Source: Nitrososphaerota archaeon
GTDB lineage: Archaea > Thermoproteota > EX4484-205 > JAAOZP01
Direction: 5' to 3'
DNA length: 64,000 nucleotides
NCBI GenBank assembly: GCA_011605725.1
Contig: JAAOZP010000017.1
Span: 374,354-438,353, forward strand
Below, piece by piece: positions 58,446 to 64,000 of the stretch (the first letter of the stretch is position 1; every line of letters starts with the position of its first letter). Made by a program: the position numbers and the translations under genes. The notes below the pieces were generated by a model. That model worked only from the letters and a program-made list of their open reading frames with translations, was not told where the DNA came from and searched no databases.

Positions 58446-59615
58446 ATGTTAAACATTAAGAAGGGTTTCGCCCTGTTCTTGGCTTCTATCTTCATTCTCA
58501 GCATCACACCCTTCGTTGCAGGAGCAACCCCATCTAATAAGGTCGCAGTTATAGTGGGTTTTAAGCAAGAGCCGAATCCACAGCTCATAAGATCCCATGG
58601 AGGCGAGGTAAAATACGTTTACAGGTACATTCCAGCCATAGCCGCTTCATTACCACCACCCGCCATAGATGCCCTACGGAAGAACCCTGAGATTGCCTAC
58701 ATAGAGCTAGACCATGAAGTCCGCGCCATACCCTTGGCTAAACCCACACCCCCGCCCCAGCCAGCCCAAAATACTCCTTGGGGTGTTGCTAAGATAGAAG
58801 CGCCTAAAGTTTGGAACGTCGGGTACAAGGGTGCAGGCGTAAAGGTGGCCATATTGGACACAGGAATAGACACGAAGCATCCAGACTTGACGGTCATGGG
58901 CGGTGCAACCTTCGTCAAGGGCACTAGAAGCTACAACGATGATAACGGTCACGGCACCCATGTGGCTGGGATCGTGGCTGCGCTGGACAACAGCATAGGA
59001 GTTGTCGGCGTGGCGCCGGAGGCTGAGTTGTACGCGGTCAAGGTGCTGAATAAGCAGGGTTCTGGATGGGTCAGCGACGTCATAGCTGGCATCGAGTGGA
59101 GCATAACCAATGGAATGCAGGTAATCTCCATGAGCTTCGGCTCAACCTCAGACTCTCAGGCACTTCACGACGAATGCGACAAAGCGTATTATATTGCAGG
59201 CATTGTGCTGGTAGCTGCTGCAGGAAACGATGGGCCGGGTGAAAACACGGTAAACTATCCAGCAAAGTACAGCTCAGTGATAGCTGTGGGCGCAACCGAC
59301 GAGAACGATAACGTGGCTGATTGGAGTAGTAGAGGCCCGGAACTAGAGTTAACAGCTCCAGGAGTTAACATCTACTCCACGTACAAGGGAAGCACCTACG
59401 GAACGTTAAGCGGCACATCAATGGCTTGCCCACACGTAACCGGAACCGTGGCGCTTATTCTAAGCAAGAACCCCAGCTTAACACCAAGTGAAGTTAGAGG
59501 CATATTGCAGCAAACGGCGGTAGACCTAGGTCAACCAAGATATGATTTAACTTACGGGTATGGGCGGGTTAACGCCTCCGCTGCCGTAGCTGCAACACCT
59601 TCACGTTCACCTTAA
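58446..59615 (+). CDS. Secreted subtilisin (S8A) with I9 propeptide
   Basis: Signal peptide, ILDTGI, HGTHVAG, GTSMACPH triad. Confidence 0.96.
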   Translation: MLNIKKGFALFLASIFILSITPFVAGATPSNKVAVIVGFKQEPNPQLIRSHGGEVKYVYRYIPAIAASLPPPAIDALRKNPEIAYIELDHEVRAIPLAKPTPPPQPAQNTPWGVAKIEAPKVWNVGYKGAGVKVAILDTGIDTKHPDLTVMGGATFVKGTRSYNDDNGHGTHVAGIVAALDNSIGVVGVAPEAELYAVKVLNKQGSGWVSDVIAGIEWSITNGMQVISMSFGSTSDSQALHDECDKAYYIAGIVLVAAAGNDGPGENTVNYPAKYSSVIAVGATDENDNVADWSSRGPELELTAPGVNIYSTYKGSTYGTLSGTSMACPHVTGTVALILSKNPSLTPSEVRGILQQTAVDLGQPRYDLTYGYGRVNASAAVAATPSRSP

Positions 59616-59661
59616 AGACAACCTTTCTCCTTTTTTCGCTTCGATTGCTAGAGAGGAGGTT

Positions 59662-60060
59662 GTGAGCAAGATGGAAAGGAGAATCATCGTTGAGGTTCAA
59701 ACGGATAAAGACGAGTATACGCTTTATGAACCGGTGCAGATGACACTGAAAATCTGGAATAAGGAGACTAAGCCTATAGAACTCGTTTTTACATCAGCCC
59801 AACGCTACGATTTCATAGTTTTGAAGAACGACGAGGAGGTTTGGCGCTGGTCCAAAGATAAGATGTTCGCCATGGTTCTGAGCTCCCTACTCTTAAAACC
59901 CCATGAGAAGAGAGTCTATACAGAAACCTGGAAGACACCAGCAGCCATCCCTGGAGAGTATAAAGTAGTAGGAGTAGTCACAAGCCGACCAGCCTTTAAA
60001 GCAACATCCACGTTCAAAATACGAAGCCCCCAATCCCAGTCCCCCCATACCTACATCTAG
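59662..60060 (+). CDS. BsuPI-like proteinase inhibitor domain protein
   Basis: L.FTSAQRYDF.V....EVWRWS..KMF pattern; directly after the subtilisin. Confidence 0.75.
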   Translation: MSKMERRIIVEVQTDKDEYTLYEPVQMTLKIWNKETKPIELVFTSAQRYDFIVLKNDEEVWRWSKDKMFAMVLSSLLLKPHEKRVYTETWKTPAAIPGEYKVVGVVTSRPAFKATSTFKIRSPQSQSPHTYI

Positions 60061-60291
60061 AAGCCGCAACCCAAGAAGGCAGGCGACCCGCAGGTTTGGC
60101 CGAGACGGCTAAAAAAAAGCCTCCCGAGAAACCCGCAAGACAGAGCACGCGCTTAAACCTCTCTAATCCTATTCATTTCCTTAAACCAGACCATATCCTT
60201 AAAAAAGGAGAAAACCGTTTAAAAAGGCCAGAAAGCGTTCGCAAAACCTAATCCTAAAGCTTAACAATGTTTCTCAGCCTTACTTTTTCGT

Positions 60292-60495
60292 ATGAGGACC
60301 TTTACCGTTGCTGTTGAAAGAAATGATGAAACAGGTCTATATGTGGCTCAGTGCCTCGAGATTCCCCAGGCCATATCACAAGGCAAGACTGAAGAAGAAG
60401 CCATAAGAAACGTGAAGGAGGCTATTGAACTAGCCTTAGAGCATTTAGGAGAAAGAATGGCGAAGTGCGCGCTTTTCCTCCGGCTCAGACAATAA
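60292..60495 (+). CDS. HicB-family antitoxin, orphan, possibly C-terminally clipped
   Basis: YVAQCLEIP..ISQGKT.EEA..N.KEAIEL; sequence changes character at AAGTGCGCGCTT (60463). Confidence 0.8.
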   Translation: MRTFTVAVERNDETGLYVAQCLEIPQAISQGKTEEEAIRNVKEAIELALEHLGERMAKCALFLRLRQ

Positions 60496-60549
60496 TCCAA
60501 CAAGCACACCAATTTAGATTCATCTGATCAACATTTTAAGGGAAGAAGT

Positions 60550-61938
60550 TTAAAAACCAATTTTTTCGAAATCCTCCAAGTCAAAGACAAGATAGCCTTT
60601 TTCTCGCAAATCCTTCTTGTCCTTTAGCCTTTTACCAATTAAGCAAAAATACTCCTTTCTTTTCGCATTAAACCATTTCACTACACTAGCCTTCTTCTTC
60701 AGTCTCTCCAATATCCTTTCCGCTTCACTTTCATCTAGATCCTGCCATTTTGCTTCGCAGAATAGAATTCTCTTTCCCTCTCTGTCAAACGCCACTATGT
60801 CTATTTCCTCATCCTTCTCCCACCAAGTACCAATATTTAAAAGCTTAAAAGGCGTCAAACCTTTCAGGCTTAACTCGTATAAAAAACCTCGTGAAACATC
60901 TTCAAATTTTTTCCCGATAAACGTGTTAAAATCTTTTTTAATAATGCCCATAACCTTCTTAACATTTCCGAGTTCTAAATCACTCTTATACGGGTAGACG
61001 AATCGGAAGTAAAAATCGAAAAAGTTATCTTTTATTTTGTAGATCGTCTTTTTCGTCGCCCTTTTCTCTGTAATCGGATGAACTTTCTCCACAATATCTA
61101 ATCTTATGAGAACATTCAAGTATTTCGGTAAATCTTTTGCTTGTATTTTAGAGAAATTCGCGATTTCACTCAATCTACTGTTTCCTCTCGCTATTGCCTC
61201 AAGTATAGAAAGATAAGATGAATAGTCTCTCAACTCCTCCCTCAGTAAGAATTCAACTTCTTCATATAGAACCTCCCCTTTAGTCAAGATTTTCTCCTCT
61301 ATGTTTGTGTAAATGTCTTTCCTATCATCAAACGTATTAAGGTAGAAAGGTATTCCACCAAGAATCGAGTAAGCCACCACTCTCTGTTCCGTCGAATAAT
61401 TGGGGAAAAACTGTTTAGCCTGATTAAATCTTAAGGGAGATAGTTTCCACTGTCCCGTTCTCCTACCATATAAAGGAGACCTGTAGGATAATATGCTCTC
61501 CATCATTGAAACGAGAGAACCGCAAAGGATCAACATTATATTCTTATCCTTAAGAACCTCGTCCCAAATCAGCTGGAAGACGGAGGGAATCGAATCATCT
61601 TTTTCAACCAAGTATGAGAATTCATCAATAACAGTTACAATTTTCCTCTTATTCAACCTAATTGCAATATATGTAAAAACATCGTCGAAATTCCTCACTT
61701 TCGGCGGCACGTCGCCAAAAAATTCAGCAGCTATGTTTGCAAACCTCTCCGCGTTCAATAAACTGCCCCTTCTATCTGCAAGAAAATAAATATGGTCTTT
61801 ATCTTTACAGAATTGCTTAATCAGCTCCGTCTTCCCCAATCTCCTTCTCCCATATATGACTATCAGCTGCCTCTCATCACTATTGAACTTTTCCTCTAGA
61901 AATTCCAATTCCCGTTCCCTGTCGATAAATCGGCTCAC
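60550..61938 (-). CDS. Archaeal ATPase with DUF234 PD-(D/E)XK-like C-terminus
   Basis: FIDREREL, YGRRRLGKT, IDEF.YL, SPLYGRRT, GGIPFYL, EIDIVA...CEAKW; AT-rich. Confidence 0.92.
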   Translation of the reverse strand: MSRFIDRERELEFLEEKFNSDERQLIVIYGRRRLGKTELIKQFCKDKDHIYFLADRRGSLLNAERFANIAAEFFGDVPPKVRNFDDVFTYIAIRLNKRKIVTVIDEFSYLVEKDDSIPSVFQLIWDEVLKDKNIMLILCGSLVSMMESILSYRSPLYGRRTGQWKLSPLRFNQAKQFFPNYSTEQRVVAYSILGGIPFYLNTFDDRKDIYTNIEEKILTKGEVLYEEVEFLLREELRDYSSYLSILEAIARGNSRLSEIANFSKIQAKDLPKYLNVLIRLDIVEKVHPITEKRATKKTIYKIKDNFFDFYFRFVYPYKSDLELGNVKKVMGIIKKDFNTFIGKKFEDVSRGFLYELSLKGLTPFKLLNIGTWWEKDEEIDIVAFDREGKRILFCEAKWQDLDESEAERILERLKKKASVVKWFNAKRKEYFCLIGKRLKDKKDLREKGYLVFDLEDFEKIGF

Positions 61939-62293
61939 AAAGATTATCTTTTACATCCGAATTTATAAACTTAACGCTCAACAACACCCTGATCAACACC
62001 CTCCCGGCACGCGTTAAAAACCGTAAACAAGAGGCGAAAACACACATCCAAGCAGACACATAAGCAACACCACAATTAAACCACCCCGCGCGCCATCCCA
62101 CAACCCTCCAAGACGACAATAACAGACTTTCAAGAACACACAGCCCCCACCCATACCACATACAGAATACAAACCACCCAAACCATACCCTTAAAAAGCA
62201 AAAGACCATTCAAAAAAGTCAGAAACCAAATAAAAACCCATGAAAAACACCCCGAAAAACCAGCAGAAAAAACAAAAACCATAAGGAAACCAA

Positions 62294-62330
62294 TATTTAA
62301 ATACACAACCACCCCCTTTATAAAGAGGGG
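62294..62330 (+). promoter_or_regulatory. tbp promoter: TATA (TATTTAAATA) plus downstream palindrome CTTTATAAAG flanked by CCCC/GGGG
   Basis: TATA at 62294-62303; perfect 10-bp palindrome at 62316-62325 just before RBS and ATG. Confidence 0.55.
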
Positions 62331-62333
62331 AAA

Positions 62334-62912
62334 ATGCAAACACAAGCAGAAAAACCACCCGAAAAACCAATAGTAGAAATCCAAAACGTAGTAGCATCAG
62401 TAATCCTAGACCAAAAAATAGACCTAAACCAAATCGTCAAAACCTTCGAAAACGTAGAATATAAACCCGACCAGTTCCCAGGCCTAGTATTCAGACTAGA
62501 AAAACCAAAAACAGCAACACTAATCTTCAGCTCAGGAAAAATGGTCTCCACAGGAGCAAAAAGCGAAAAACAAGCACACGAAGCAGTCCACAAAATCGTA
62601 AGAGAACTCCGAAGCAAAAAAATACTAACAGGAAAAACAAAACCACAAATCACAGTCCAAAACATCGTAGCATCAGCAACACTACCCGGAAAAATAGACC
62701 TCGAACACGCAGTCACCGCACTAGAAAGAACAATGTATGAACCTGAACAATTTCCTGGCCTTATTTATAGAATGCATGATCCTGATGTAGTTATATTATT
62801 ATTTGCTTCTGGTAAACTGGTTTGCACCGGCGCGGTTAACGAGAAGATGGTTTACGACGCGGCGGAGAAGCTTATGAACGAGCTTATTCAAAAAGGATTA
62901 TTGATTAGATGA
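62334..62912 (+). CDS. tbp: TATA-binding protein
   Basis: Two repeats QNVVAS/QNIVAS, Y.PDQFPGL/YEPEQFPGL, LIFSSGK/LLFASGK. Confidence 0.97.
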   Translation: MQTQAEKPPEKPIVEIQNVVASVILDQKIDLNQIVKTFENVEYKPDQFPGLVFRLEKPKTATLIFSSGKMVSTGAKSEKQAHEAVHKIVRELRSKKILTGKTKPQITVQNIVASATLPGKIDLEHAVTALERTMYEPEQFPGLIYRMHDPDVVILLFASGKLVCTGAVNEKMVYDAAEKLMNELIQKGLLIR

Positions 62913-62965
62913 ATTTTAAAATATTTTAACTTAAGGAGGAAAAAGAGGATTAAAAAGGATAGGTC

Positions 62966-63334
62966 ATGATAATGTATAAACGAAGAACCTATAAACGTAG
63001 AGGTAGACAGGTTATAGGTTTTTATAAAGATACGAAAGGAAGGACTAGACCTATTACCTTAAGAAAGGGAAGAAAGAAGGGGCCTGCATTTCCTCATCCA
63101 AAGGAATTAACCAAAAAGCAACTGAATGTCGTTATCTCTCTCGTCTTAAGCCAAGCTCCTATCGTAAAAGAACTTCACTCAGCCTATATCCTTGCTGACA
63201 CCATATACGAGAACTGGGACCTAGTAACTCAACTATATGATACATATGAGGAAAAAGGATGGCAAGGAGTAGCAAACATTATCGGAAGCAGTATTGCTCA
63301 GAATGCTTCTTCTGCTAGCGCGCGCGCTTTTTAA
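62966..63334 (+). CDS. Hypothetical protein with very basic N-terminus, probably 3'-truncated
   Basis: YKRRTYKRRGRQVIGFYKDTKGRTRPIT; ends in SARAF* encoded by TAGCGCGCGCGCTT. Confidence 0.6.
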   Translation: MIMYKRRTYKRRGRQVIGFYKDTKGRTRPITLRKGRKKGPAFPHPKELTKKQLNVVISLVLSQAPIVKELHSAYILADTIYENWDLVTQLYDTYEEKGWQGVANIIGSSIAQNASSASARAF

Positions 63335-63453
63335 CAACACCAGCTTCCCGCGAACATTAAGATCTTCGGTCTGGCCTTCGTGCCTAGAATGTCTATCCGT
63401 GGTGGAACAGAGTTTTTATAAGCTGGAGCATTATGGTTTAGTCTTGAAAAGGG

Positions 63454-64000
63454 TTGCTCGAGAAGCGTAGAATAGGCTTCATCATGCTAATAGTCATTGT
63501 TGCCGGGGCTACTGGACTTCTCTACAAGCAGCAGTTGGATAGAATTAAAGAAGAAATGAAGAAGCCTTACAAGCAGGCTGGTCTTAGCGATGATGAAATT
63601 GAAGAGTTCATAGCTAGTTATCCTAAGCAGAATGGAAATTCAACTTGGGTGAGCTTTGCTAAGTCTTGGGCTAATAATAGAGCTTTGGCTGAAGAGAGCT
63701 TGAAAATTTTTGGAAATTTGAAAGACAGCTTGGAGTACCTTTATTTCGCTAATAGTAATGGTTATGATGGGTTAAACTTTTTGAAAGATTTTCCTCAGTT
63801 TGCTAAGAATTATACACTAGTTCTACCAGCTTACTCTGCTAACTCTACTCTGGTTAAAACTGTTTACGATCAGTTTCAAAGAGACCCTAGGATAAGCTCA
63901 GATAGAAATGATTTGTTCTTGAAAGGATTGAAAGAATATCAGGATTTGAATTTAATTAAGAAAAATCTGATGATTCAAACTATTCATGCTGTTAACAACT
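63454..64000 (+). CDS. N-terminally anchored secreted protein (partial, runs off window end)
   Basis: Manual translation from TTG: LLEKRRIGFIMLIVIVAGATGLLYKQQ..., open to 64000, with N-x-S/T sequons. Confidence 0.65.
   Translation, partial: MLEKRRIGFIMLIVIVAGATGLLYKQQLDRIKEEMKKPYKQAGLSDDEIEEFIASYPKQNGNSTWVSFAKSWANNRALAEESLKIFGNLKDSLEYLYFANSNGYDGLNFLKDFPQFAKNYTLVLPAYSANSTLVKTVYDQFQRDPRISSDRNDLFLKGLKEYQDLNLIKKNLMIQTIHAVNN

Noticed and set aside
62130-62397. Phe/Val/Gly/Trp-rich minus-strand ORFs resembling membrane proteins (also 61880-62209, 56270-56605)
   Set aside because: By-products of the A/C-rich + strand; no family motifs.
62334-62912. Diversity-generating retroelement as cause of the tbp bias
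   Set aside because: No reverse transcriptase or template/variable repeat pair; the changes are synonymous and not adenine-specific.
1-64000. IS elements or MITEs as source of the junction motif
   Set aside because: No transposase or repeated element body with terminal inverted repeats was found in this window; an element elsewhere in the genome is not excluded.

Overview
Archaeal chromosomal DNA, most consistent with a TACK/Thermoproteota-type lineage (TFB, TBP, RadA, class I LysRS, thiolase/HMG-CoA synthase/DUF35, LysW pathway, BHB-intron tRNA); the exact taxon cannot be fixed from this window. Intact housekeeping and metabolic blocks (WOR5-like tungsten oxidoreductase with ADP-forming acyl-CoA ligase, mevalonate entry genes, sugar-acid catabolism, argG-lysWXYZJK, peptidases, ABC exporter, Cu ATPase) alternate with accessory patches of toxin-antitoxin genes, archaeal ATPases and gene remnants. 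The most unusual signal is non-coding: a short degenerate palindrome, roughly (T)AG-[alternating purine/pyrimidine, usually CGCGCG-like]-CT(A), is concentrated in the accessory patches. It repeatedly sits where genes are cut, deleted or joined (a GH2 internal deletion, headless nuclease-like tails, clipped hicB, edges of an insertion in the lysW operon). This suggests an undescribed sequence-selective recombination or end-joining process; no recombinase is visible in the window. Other highlights: a dinB-radA-primase/polymerase cluster, a two-intron tRNA-Gln, a 42-bp direct repeat bracketing 3.5 kb, and an abrupt strand-composition flip inside tbp. All calls come from reading the sequence and the ORF track; no database searches were run.
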